In this document: positions 1 through 7,292 of the stretch, in pieces
Numbering within the stretch: the first letter of the stretch is position 1
How the letters are laid out: each line of letters starts with the position of its first letter
DNA from: a virus
Direction: 5' to 3' (one strand)
DNA length: 34,880 nucleotides
Virus record (IMG/VR): IMGVR_UViG_3300002859_000001
Coordinates: 1 to 34,880 of that record
Notes under the pieces: generated by a model
Databases searched by the model: none
What the model was told of the DNA's origin: nothing
Seen by the model: only the letters and a program-made list of their open reading frames with translations
Position numbers and translations under genes: made by a program

Positions 1-36
1 ACGTGGGTTCGACTTTGACGTCTTCCCCTCCACCAA
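1..36. repeat. 36-bp direct terminal repeat, copy 1 (identical to 34845-34880)
   Basis: acgtgggttcgactttgacgtcttcccctccaccaa occurs exactly at both window ends. Confidence 0.95.
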
Positions 37-122
37 AACAAAATAAGGCGAACCCCTTTGAAGACATTCTGGTCTTCCAGGATTGTTTCGCCTTGATAAT
101 AAAAATAGCGGACAGGGTTTGA
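3..122 (+). CDS. C-terminal continuation of the serine recombinase ORF if the two ends are joined
   Basis: The frame of the ORF leaving the window at 34880 continues through the repeat copy at 1-36. It then reads ...PPPKQNKANPFEDILVFQDCFALIIKIADRV and stops at TGA 120-122, directly followed by a hairpin and T-tract. Confidence 0.5.
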   Translation: MGSTLTSSPPPKQNKANPFEDILVFQDCFALIIKIADRV

Positions 123-140
123 TCCCCGTCCGCCTTTTTA
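108..140. terminator. Bidirectional intrinsic terminator between integrase end (+) and endolysin end (-)
   Basis: gcggacaggg-tttgat-ccccgtccgc hairpin with one bulge, followed by a T-run on the plus strand and flanked by an A-run on the other side. Confidence 0.6.
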
Positions 141-142
141 TT

Positions 143-883
143 TTATGCTTTTTTCGTATATGAAAGACTGATCCAGCCGGCGCCGCTCTTTAGCTTGCCC
201 CAGCCATTAGATTCTTCGACAATGGTATAAACGCCCTTGTCTTTGATCTGTCCTGTCACGGCGTAGTTCGTGCCAGGTCCCTTTCTGATATTCAAGACGC
301 TTGCTGTGACCCTCACAAGGTAGTTCGACCCAGTTGAAGGCTGTTGCGTCGGCTTGCTTGCTGGCGCCGTTTCCGACTTACCCAGTCTTTTGTTGACCTC
401 CGCCGCGATATATGGGAACTTGCTTTCAAGGTAAGGTCCAGGACAAGACGTGGCCGCGAAATATTTGTGCATGGTCAGATTTCCGTTCTTGTCGCCGGTA
501 AAGTTCAGCTTTTCAATTCCGTTTCGTTGACATATATCAACACACAGGTCGATCAGCTTCGCCAGGGCGACGTCGCTGACGTGCCAGTTTCCGCCGATTT
601 CGTCGTTTGCAACTTCGATTGTCACGGCCTGGTTATCGTTTGCGGCACTTGAACTTGTCCACGCTCTGTTTTTTTCTTCGACATACATTCCGACGCGGCC
701 GTCAGTGCCAATTCCATAGTTGGAACTGGCCTGTCTGGAAGCCGGGGCGAACACGTTTCCGCAAGTTTCAACAGTAAGATTTCCGGCCATGTGGTGGATC
801 GTGATCTTCCTGATCTTGTCTTTCCTGGGGTTCGTGCTGTTCGGGGAAATTTTCGTGTAGTTTACAAGTTTGCTGTTGCTCAT
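143..883 (-). CDS. Endolysin: N-acetylmuramoyl-L-alanine amidase (Amidase_2/PGRP-like) with C-terminal SH3b-like domain
   Basis: KITIHHMAG ... HKYFAATSCPG motifs typical of zinc amidases. C-terminal YLVRVTASVLNIRKGPGTNYAVTG...GWGKL..GWISLSY looks like bacterial SH3. It is the last gene of the late operon, after holin-like genes. Confidence 0.85.
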   Translation of the reverse strand: MSNSKLVNYTKISPNSTNPRKDKIRKITIHHMAGNLTVETCGNVFAPASRQASSNYGIGTDGRVGMYVEEKNRAWTSSSAANDNQAVTIEVANDEIGGNWHVSDVALAKLIDLCVDICQRNGIEKLNFTGDKNGNLTMHKYFAATSCPGPYLESKFPYIAAEVNKRLGKSETAPASKPTQQPSTGSNYLVRVTASVLNIRKGPGTNYAVTGQIKDKGVYTIVEESNGWGKLKSGAGWISLSYTKKA

Positions 884-1116
884 TTCTGGCCCTCGCTTTC
901 TGTTTCGCTTGAACCAGTGGTATTCCTTGAAGCGTCAACAAGCCCTTCGCCGAATATGTAGGCGATCAGCGTCGCGCCGGACATAATGATAGACGTTACC
1001 TGTGTGATTTCGGTTTCTGCAAAGCCGAAGCCGATCAAAAGGGCGGTTACAAAGCCAACGACGGCCACCCAGAACTTTCTTGAAGTAAGTTTTGATTTCC
1101 AGTTAACCTTCTGCAT
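880..1116 (-). CDS. Holin-like small membrane protein
   Basis: 78 aa. N-terminal SRKFWVAVVGFVTALLIGFGF plus a second hydrophobic segment and a charged C-terminus. A 4-nt overlap couples it to the endolysin. Confidence 0.7.
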   Translation of the reverse strand: MQKVNWKSKLTSRKFWVAVVGFVTALLIGFGFAETEITQVTSIIMSGATLIAYIFGEGLVDASRNTTGSSETESEGQK

Positions 1117-1396
1117 TATTTTGATCCTCGCTTTCTTTTTTGTTGTTTTTGATCTTCAAGACATTTTCGACGCCGGCCTTCACAAAGTAACCGAAGACAC
1201 AGGTTTTCAGAATGTCCGAAGATTCGGAAATAAAAGTTCCAAGATACGAAAAATCCTGGAACTGGTACATGACAGCGCATGAATAGAAGAAGCTGATCAC
1301 ATAAAGGGTGGAACAGATCAGCACAAGGCGCTTCGAAAACTCCCACACCCACAATAGGGGTTCACGGTTCGCCTTTCTTACATGGCGGCCTTTCAT
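1103..1396 (-). CDS. Second holin-like membrane protein (start taken at MKGRHVRK; ORF track extends to 1423)
   Basis: Hydrophobic segments LVLICSTLYVISFFYSCAVM and CVFGYFVKAGV with a charged tail. The ATG at 1396 abuts the stop of the upstream gene. Confidence 0.5.
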   Translation of the reverse strand: MKGRHVRKANREPLLWVWEFSKRLVLICSTLYVISFFYSCAVMYQFQDFSYLGTFISESSDILKTCVFGYFVKAGVENVLKIKNNKKESEDQNNAEG

Positions 1397-1698
1397 ATTG
1401 CGTCTTTGACTTTTGCGACGCATATTTCGTCAAGGCGCTTGTGGGCGGATTTTGTGGACTGCTCAACCACGATAAGACGTGTGTTCAGGTCCTTGACGTC
1501 GTTCTTCATGGACGCCATTTCGGATTTTATTTCTGTGATTCCGGCGCTGATATTTTCCAGCTTAACGATTACGGTTGTCATTTGCGTCGCGTCCTTCTGA
1601 TCGTCTGTCTTCTGGTTCCGTTTCAAGTTTGCGATTCCAGAATATACAGCGAAAGCGAAGGAACAGAACGAAATAACAATTGCTATTTCGACGGTCAT
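1393..1698 (-). CDS. Membrane-anchored coiled-coil protein, XhlA-like lysis accessory candidate (start at MTVEIAIV)
   Basis: N-terminal TM segment (IAIVISFCSFAFAVYSGI) followed by a coiled-coil-like region. It sits in the position of PBSX xhlA, upstream of holin and lysin. Confidence 0.45.
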   Translation of the reverse strand: MTVEIAIVISFCSFAFAVYSGIANLKRNQKTDDQKDATQMTTVIVKLENISAGITEIKSEMASMKNDVKDLNTRLIVVEQSTKSAHKRLDEICVAKVKDAI

Positions 1699-1759
1699 AG
1701 GTTCACCACTCTTTCGACAAAAGATAGGACCCTCTATGATCAAGGGGGTCCTTTGAAAA

Positions 1760-1894
1760 TTAAACACCGGCTTCGTTTTCGGTGTATCCCATTTCCGCAA
1801 GGTAAGCGGAAACGCGCGCGCGAAGTCCCAGGGGGACGTCTTCGATCTGGATTTTACCCAGGATTATTTCACCGGCATAAAGACGAACTAACAT
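1760..1894 (-). CDS. Small conserved phage protein, paralog A (MLVRLYAGEIILGKIQIEDVPLGLRARV...)
   Basis: AAGGAGG RBS upstream of the internal ATG at 1894. Shares the motif LV.LY..E...G...I.DVP.GLR..V with the next gene. Confidence 0.6.
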   Translation of the reverse strand: MLVRLYAGEIILGKIQIEDVPLGLRARVSAYLAEMGYTENEAGV

Positions 1895-1954
1895 GGTCAC
1901 GACCTCCTTTCCGAATATTAGCCTTGCAAGGCATATGAAAACGGCGGCCCTCAT

Positions 1955-2095
1955 TTAGACCACCTCGTTTTCCTGTGTTTCCTGTTCAGTCGAAAGGGCC
2001 GTTTCGACCTTGAATCGAAGGCCGGCCGGAACGTCGTTGATGTTCATTCGGCCTTCTTTGACTTCGCTGACATACAGCGCCACAAGTTTAGACAT
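1955..2095 (-). CDS. Small conserved phage protein, paralog B (MSKLVALYVSEVKEGRMNINDVPAGLRFKV...)
   Basis: 46-aa ORF below the ORF-track cut-off. GGAGGA RBS. About 13 of 27 aligned residues are identical to paralog A. Confidence 0.55.
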   Translation of the reverse strand: MSKLVALYVSEVKEGRMNINDVPAGLRFKVETALSTEQETQENEVV

Positions 2096-2106
2096 TTCAT
2101 TTCCTC

Positions 2107-2262
2107 CTATCCTGGAATTTCTTCCGCGAAGACTATGTCACAGATTTCCATGATACAGCCTTTCAGGAACTCGTTTTCGGTGAAAAGTCGCTGGATTAGA
2201 AGGTCCTTTTCGTTTTCCTTCTGTTCCTTCGGTACATGATCGCATTCTTTAGGATCAAACAT
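2107..2262 (-). CDS. Small hypothetical protein (51 aa, MFDPKECDHVPKEQKENEKDLLIQRLF...)
   Basis: AAAGGAGGG RBS 6-7 nt upstream of ATG 2262. Fills the gap after the fibre gene. No recognisable family. Confidence 0.4.
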   Translation of the reverse strand: MFDPKECDHVPKEQKENEKDLLIQRLFTENEFLKGCIMEICDIVFAEEIPG

Positions 2263-2277
2263 TTCGATTCCCTCCTT

Positions 2278-3984
2278 TTAGGCGAACCTGATCGTCGACT
2301 GGATAACTTCGATTGTCTGGGTTCCCTTTGTAAGCGTGAAGCGGTACGCCAGGCCGTTAGTCGTTGCGACGGTTGTGTTCGTGAATGTGTGAACGTACAG
2401 GTTGACCTTCGACGTGATGTCTTCCCACACCGGCGAAGCGTCGAAAGGATTGTTCGTGACTTCGCAATGAAGAACACTATCCACGGGACGATCCGAAGGG
2501 TATAGAGAAACAAAGCATTTCGTGACCTTTTCATCAGTAGAAAAAGCGCGGGAAGCGGCTAACCTTGTGACCGTTCGACTGAAAGTGATCACGCGCTGGG
2601 CCGTTCCTCCGGCGCCGTCGCTGACACTGATCGTCAAAGTATGCGATCCGGCCAGAAGGCGAAGCCACAAAGAAGTCAAGTCAGCCGTGTTCGTCGCTCC
2701 GCTTGTTGCGGTGTAGGTGCGAAGGGTAATTGTTTCAGCCCCATTCGTCACCGTTTCAGTGACAGTCAATGTCTGACTGGCCGATTCCGCGTCGGTCACG
2801 GTGTAGTTGTAGGTCAAAGGTGTCGTTTTTGCGCCCACGTTCTGATCTGAACCGCTGATCACCGGATTCGTATTGTATGAAATAGGCGTGGCCGTTCCTG
2901 TCTGGTATGCTGATTCAGCGCCCAGGGAATCGACCGCCTTCACGCGGACCTGATAATTCGTTCCGGACGTCGGGACGGTGTCTGTGATCGAAGTCGAAGA
3001 CGTGATCCCGATCTGGACATAAGCCCCGGAATCGACGCGACGTTCGAAGACATAATTTATCGGATTGCCTTCCGGATCGGTTGACCCTCCGGTGGTAATA
3101 GTTAAAGATTGACCAGCGCGTGGGGTTCCGTGAGAAATAGAAGACGGGGTTGTTGGCGGCTGGTTCCACTGGATTATATAAGCGCCGTCGGTATCCACAG
3201 AATCAGATACCAAGATTCCAGAACCCACTTCCAAAGCCGGCCGAACGCCATAGTTGCCATTGTACGCGTAGTTGCTGCTGAGACTGCCGTCCGTGCTGAC
3301 AAACCGCGCATAGTACGAATAGCCGGCGTACGGGGTCCTTAACCACCAGTACCAGTATTGCGTTGACGAAAGACTGGCGTTTGTGTATTCGGACGCGCTG
3401 ACAGCTTCGGCCGTTGGATAACATTGTCTTCGGCTTGCGCTGTTGAAATAGTCCCACAGCGTACCTTCTGCGACGCTGTTTTCGTTCGCCAGCCCGACTT
3501 CTGTGTTTGAAAGAAGATAAATCTTTCGGACTATGTCTTCATACCCGCCGCCGTCGGTGACGGTATTCTTTGCGACCCTGATCGTACTGTCAAGGATTGC
3601 ATTCCTGAAACTTTCTTCGAAGAATGTTAGGAAGCCGGCCTGGGCGTCGTATTCGTTGTAGTTGGAATAAACATTCGCATTATTGGGCGGCGCGTCGTAA
3701 GCGTGGCGCGCGCTGTACCAGGCCCCAGCGCCGGCCGCGCTATTTAGCCATTGATCAATATTTGACTGACTGTAACGGTTATTTCCGTAGCTTTTTCTGT
3801 TGCTGTCTGGATTGCTGGCTTCAATCGCGTCGAAACATTTCAGGGTGATCATTCTTTCGGCGACCAGCTTCGTTCTTCCGGAAGCCTGGTGTCCGACAAT
3901 AAATCGAATGACGCTATTGTTGTACTTCGTGTTTACTGACTTCACGACTGATCCAACGGGTAACGTCGATATTAACTTTGCCAT
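2278..3984 (-). CDS. DGR target 1: tail-fibre/receptor-binding-like protein with an N-terminal variable ligand-binding domain (WWLR...GVRPA) followed by FN3/Ig-like repeats
   Basis: 568 aa. Residues 217-252 are encoded by the repeat that matches the RT-adjacent template. Downstream T/S-rich beta-type repeats (e.g. YVFERRVDSGAYVQIG...YQVRVKAVDSLGAES) look FN3-like. GGAGGG RBS. Confidence 0.8.
   Translation of the reverse strand: MAKLISTLPVGSVVKSVNTKYNNSVIRFIVGHQASGRTKLVAERMITLKCFDAIEASNPDSNRKSYGNNRYSQSNIDQWLNSAAGAGAWYSARHAYDAPPNNANVYSNYNEYDAQAGFLTFFEESFRNAILDSTIRVAKNTVTDGGGYEDIVRKIYLLSNTEVGLANENSVAEGTLWDYFNSASRRQCYPTAEAVSASEYTNASLSSTQYWYWWLRTPYAGYSYYARFVSTDGSLSSNYAYNGNYGVRPALEVGSGILVSDSVDTDGAYIIQWNQPPTTPSSISHGTPRAGQSLTITTGGSTDPEGNPINYVFERRVDSGAYVQIGITSSTSITDTVPTSGTNYQVRVKAVDSLGAESAYQTGTATPISYNTNPVISGSDQNVGAKTTPLTYNYTVTDAESASQTLTVTETVTNGAETITLRTYTATSGATNTADLTSLWLRLLAGSHTLTISVSDGAGGTAQRVITFSRTVTRLAASRAFSTDEKVTKCFVSLYPSDRPVDSVLHCEVTNNPFDASPVWEDITSKVNLYVHTFTNTTVATTNGLAYRFTLTKGTQTIEVIQSTIRFA
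3231..3336 (-). repeat. DGR variable repeat 1 (VR1)
   Basis: 106 nt aligning without gaps to 5196-5301, with 14 mismatches. Every mismatch has a coding-strand adenine on one of the two sides. Confidence 0.8.
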
Positions 3985-5044
3985 GATAGCCCTCCAATTC
4001 TTTAGAAAATAGACAGTAGAACAATTCGTCCGTCTGTCTGATTAGGTGGTGACTGTTGCCGTGTTCAGCATGGCCCGTCCAGCTTGCGTATGAAGCCAGG
4101 ATCGTTTCAAAGTCGACCCGGCCTTCGTCAAGCAATCCACGGAATTTTTTCAACTTCCGGCGGATTCGGTTCTTGCTATCACGGCGGATTTTCTGAACGA
4201 CCTTTCCGGTGTCCGTCATGAAGGTCCTGAATCCCAGAAAGTCGATTCCTTGTTTCAGTGGGAAGATCGCCGTCTTTTGATTCAGTTCCAGGCCCAGGTC
4301 TTCGACATACCGGCGAATTTCTTCCAGGCAATATCGAAGATGATCCTTGTCGTTGTGGATCAGATAAAAGTCGTCCATGTACCGGCCATAAAACTTGATT
4401 CCCAGGCGTTCCTTGATAAAGTGATCCATTCCAGAAAGATAGAGGACCGCGAACCATTGGCTGGTATGATTGCCGATCGGGATTCCTTTTCCTTCGGTGG
4501 AATCAATTATCATGTCAAGAAGCCACAGAACGTCGGGATCGTGAATGGTCCGACGAAGCTGTGACTTCAAAACGCCATGATCTATACTGTAAAAATATTT
4601 TCTTATGTCACATTTCAAGACCCAGCCGTCCGCCCCGAATTGCCGGTGATATTTCCGCATGAACATTTTCAGGCGGTCAAGGCCGAAATGTGTTCCCTTT
4701 CCCTTCTGGCTTGCGTAGTTGTCATAGATGAATGTCTTTTGAAGGCGTGGTTCCAGGACATTGTCGCAAAGGCTGTGCTGGACGATCTTGTCGCGAAACG
4801 AATTATACATGATCAATCTTTCCTTCGGTTCGTACACCATAAAACAGTTGTACGGGCTAAGTCGGTATTTCTTCGACGTCAGCATGTAGTGAAGGAAGGT
4901 CAGGTTTTCAAGTGCGTTGATCTCATATTTCACGACTGCATACTTCCAGCGTTTACCCTTCCGGGCTTCCATGTACGCCGTATAAAGATTATTCAGGTCT
5001 GCCAATTTTGCGAAGTCAGAAGTCGGGACCTGTTCTTCGCTCAA
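3914..5044 (-). CDS. DGR-type reverse transcriptase
   Basis: 376 aa with YMDD (GRYMDDF) and the DGR-typical motif-4 signature IGNHTSQ. Sits directly downstream of the template-like repeat and an Avd-like gene. Confidence 0.85.
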   Translation of the reverse strand: MSEEQVPTSDFAKLADLNNLYTAYMEARKGKRWKYAVVKYEINALENLTFLHYMLTSKKYRLSPYNCFMVYEPKERLIMYNSFRDKIVQHSLCDNVLEPRLQKTFIYDNYASQKGKGTHFGLDRLKMFMRKYHRQFGADGWVLKCDIRKYFYSIDHGVLKSQLRRTIHDPDVLWLLDMIIDSTEGKGIPIGNHTSQWFAVLYLSGMDHFIKERLGIKFYGRYMDDFYLIHNDKDHLRYCLEEIRRYVEDLGLELNQKTAIFPLKQGIDFLGFRTFMTDTGKVVQKIRRDSKNRIRRKLKKFRGLLDEGRVDFETILASYASWTGHAEHGNSHHLIRQTDELFYCLFSKELEGYHGKVNIDVTRWISREVSKHEVQQ

Positions 5045-5195
5045 AATAAAATCCTCCTTGCCGCTTATAGTCTGGGCGCCGTAGCCGAAGCCCTCGCGTC
5101 AGCAATCTTGTGTTTACCCTTGCGGGAAGGATATGCCCTCCTTTGTTGGGGTTCTCTGCTTTCAGGTTCTTCGCCTTACTCGGTCACGCTTTCCA
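5045..5195 (-). other. Non-coding spacer between template repeat and RT, presumed part of the DGR RNA
   Basis: About 150 nt with no credible ORF in the transcription direction, lying between the TR end and the RT start. In the Bordetella phage DGR this region is needed for cDNA priming. Confidence 0.4.
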
Positions 5196-5301
5196 CCAAA
5201 TCCGGCCGAACGCCATTGTAGCCACCGTACGCGTAGCTGCTGCCGAGACTGCCGTCCGAGTAGACAATCCGCGCATAGTTCGAAGTGCCGGCGTACGGGG
5301 T
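5196..5301 (-). repeat. DGR template-repeat-like copy (TR) in non-coding DNA between avd and RT
   Basis: Position is canonical for a TR. Homology to VR1 and VR2 starts at accccg and ends just after ggcgttcggccgg. The only ORFs over it are out-of-frame or antisense artefacts. Confidence 0.75.
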
Positions 5302-5327
5302 ACAGGGCATACCCTATATAAAGCCCG

Positions 5328-5783
5328 TCAGGCCTGGGGTTCGTCCTGGCTGGCCGGCGGTTTCTGGCCGTCTTCCAGTTCCGACTTGTACCAGGCGGCG
5401 GACATATACTTGACGTCAAGGGTTTTCTTCGTCCAATATTCGAAGGTCCCAGCGTCTATATAACCGCGCTTTTTCGAAAGTTCGACATAGAAAAGCAATA
5501 GCTTACAGTCTGTCAGCGCGGCCCGTTGTAGTTCTAATCTTTTGGCCTTGTCTGATTCGTTCCGGATCGGGAATATTTCATTCGCTTCCAGTAGATTTTC
5601 ATAAATCGAAAGGACGCGTTCCTGGATTCGGTTGACGATCGTGAACCTGATCTTCTTCGGGAAGTGTTTCGCGTTGTCCGTCAGATTCAGCGTGTAGTCA
5701 ATTAAATCAGCGACCACCGGAAGAACGTGAAGGGGACTATCGTTCCCAGGCTTCTTCCGTTGAAAATTCTTTCGTGTTCCCAT
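5328..5783 (-). CDS. avd: Accessory variability determinant (Avd-like four-helix-bundle protein)
   Basis: 151 aa, basic, helical. Pattern HFPKKIRFTIVNRIQERVLSIYENLLEAN ... LQRAALTDCKLLLFYVELS ... matches the Avd / 23S-rRNA-IVS protein family as I remember it. Immediately upstream of TR and RT. Confidence 0.7.
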   Translation of the reverse strand: MGTRKNFQRKKPGNDSPLHVLPVVADLIDYTLNLTDNAKHFPKKIRFTIVNRIQERVLSIYENLLEANEIFPIRNESDKAKRLELQRAALTDCKLLLFYVELSKKRGYIDAGTFEYWTKKTLDVKYMSAAWYKSELEDGQKPPASQDEPQA

Positions 5784-6003
5784 TTATGCACATTCGCCCC
5801 CTTATCGCGTCGATTGTTTCGCGCCGCCCGGTATAATCAAACCCGTAATCCCGAAGGATCAAGGCCTGTTCTTCACCCTCATATGTCACGCCGCAAAGAA
5901 CGACGCTGTCGCCGCCACAGTGGCCACAGACGGGCCGTAACTCGACGAATAGACATGATATAAGGCAAGACATTTCCGACGGCTTACAAGCGAATTTTGT
6001 CAC
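5737..6003 (-). CDS. Cys-rich hypothetical protein (88 aa)
   Basis: GTG start overlaps the TGA of the upstream fibre gene (GTGA). The 3' end overlaps the avd start by 47 nt. Contains CGHCGG and several other Cys. No family recognised. Confidence 0.35.
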   Translation of the reverse strand: MTKFACKPSEMSCLISCLFVELRPVCGHCGGDSVVLCGVTYEGEEQALILRDYGFDYTGRRETIDAIRGRMCINGNTKEFSTEEAWER

Positions 6004-6758
6004 AGATAAAGCCTGTTGTTTGACGTGTCAAGGACGCCTTCCGGAAGCCCTGATCCGTCATAACCTTTCCATTGTGAAAGTTGGCCGGACGCGAATGTGT
6101 GGGTTACGGTTGTTCCGGTAAAACCAGTGTCAAGCTGTTCCTTTATCGCCTGAATGTCGTAATCCTGGCGCCGCTGTGCTTCTTCGACGGACTGACCCGT
6201 CGATTCGATAACAGTTCCGGCCGCCTGTGTGTGGATCAGCGGCGCGGCGTAGGTTGTCATTTGTGCCGACGTCACGAAGGAAGAAGCCCCTACTTGTACG
6301 GAAACGGCGCTGTTTTCCTGGTTCGTAACGAAGACCGCCACGTCATGAATGTGGACCGTGTCAGCGGTGTCGCCTATTTCGCCCAGGAGAGAAGAAGGGG
6401 GAAGTATATTGTCGCTGTCAGTCCCGTCAAGCCAGGAATAAGCGAAAAGAAATTCGACATTGTCAGCGTCCAGGGCGAAGATTCCGATTTCTCTGATCCA
6501 GACAGAAGATTCAAGTCCGGCGTTTGTCACCTGGATCGGAATTTTCATGATCGAAGGATCGCCGGCGATAAATTCTTTAGCTTGAACCTGTGTGTCGACA
6601 GAAACGGGCGAAACAAGGGCGGTCAGTGTGTTAGGGCTTGCTGTTGGTGTTCCGTCGCCACTGGCCGCTCTTACCACTTGAAGCTGTAATCCTGACGCTA
6701 TCAGTTGGGTCAAGACTTCGCTTCCCCTGTCTGTGATTGTTGATCTAAAACGTGCCAT
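6000..6758 (-). CDS. Tail fibre protein, N-terminal collar-type domain
   Basis: ITDRGSEVLTQLIASGLQLQVVRAASGDG ... IREIGIFALD resembles the N-terminal domain of P2 gpH-type fibres. Follows the baseplate J / XkdU-like genes. Confidence 0.6.
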   Translation of the reverse strand: MARFRSTITDRGSEVLTQLIASGLQLQVVRAASGDGTPTASPNTLTALVSPVSVDTQVQAKEFIAGDPSIMKIPIQVTNAGLESSVWIREIGIFALDADNVEFLFAYSWLDGTDSDNILPPSSLLGEIGDTADTVHIHDVAVFVTNQENSAVSVQVGASSFVTSAQMTTYAAPLIHTQAAGTVIESTGQSVEEAQRRQDYDIQAIKEQLDTGFTGTTVTHTFASGQLSQWKGYDGSGLPEGVLDTSNNRLYL

Positions 6759-6761
6759 TGC

Positions 6762-7292
6762 TTAACCTCCTTGTGGAATATGTTCGTGCTTATTTATACA
6801 AACAGTCGCCGAACACAAGACGAAAGCCGGCCGAAGGATCGTCTGTGGAATCTGCGTCTGCATTTTTAGGACCAGGTTCGCCGGGATCATCTGTCCCAGC
6901 ACGGCCACCAGGGCGTCGCGCTGATCGTATCCGGAAAGCACGATCCGGATAAAAAGTTCATACACGCCGTTGTCAAGGTTGACCGTGAAGTCCTGGCTTA
7001 CTGTGGATAAATACTTCAAAAGGCTTCTGTAAGTGTAAGGAAGCTGGTCAAGGTATTTCAAGAGAATTCTTTGACGCCTTGTTTCCAAAGTATCGCCAGA
7101 AGCCACAGAAAGCCCCAGAATCGCTTCCCAGCGTTTACACCCATATTCGGACAGGCTGACAAGGAAAAAGTCCTGTGGCGCGTTCTGGGCGTCCTGGGCG
7201 GCCTTTCCGAATTCAGGTTGAAGTCCGTTTGCGATCTGTTGAAATTCGATCAGTTCCCGGATATATCGCGGCCAGTAATTAAGAAGCTCCAT
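6762..7292 (-). CDS. Baseplate/tail protein, XkdU (DUF2313)-like
   Basis: 176 aa downstream of the baseplate J-like gene. The ...RWEAILGL...TLETRRQRIL... pattern is typical of that family. Confidence 0.6.
   Translation of the reverse strand: MELLNYWPRYIRELIEFQQIANGLQPEFGKAAQDAQNAPQDFFLVSLSEYGCKRWEAILGLSVASGDTLETRRQRILLKYLDQLPYTYRSLLKYLSTVSQDFTVNLDNGVYELFIRIVLSGYDQRDALVAVLGQMIPANLVLKMQTQIPQTILRPAFVLCSATVCINKHEHIPQGG

Noticed and set aside
1-36. The terminal repeat contains gggttcga and ends in cca, which superficially resembles a tRNA 3' end and hence a common att site.
   Set aside because: No T-arm or acceptor stem can be drawn: the sequences flanking ttcgact are not complementary. The segment lies in the integrase reading frame and reads as coding.
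3190-3211. The ggtatc-N10-gatacc inverted repeat about 20 nt downstream of VR1 could be the DGR target hairpin/cruciform.
   Set aside because: It has only a 6-bp A/T-containing stem with a 10-nt loop. There is no equivalent at the same offset next to VR2, where only ccgg-cttt-ccgg is present. This is too weak to call.
5110-5463. ORF-track entries over the template repeat (5110-5463 +, 5133-5321 +, 5162-5419 -) and the matching 3109-3342 + entry over VR1.
   Set aside because: They are antisense or out of frame relative to the repeat, lack RBSs and have Arg/Pro-rich junk composition. The similarity between them simply reflects the TR/VR repeat.
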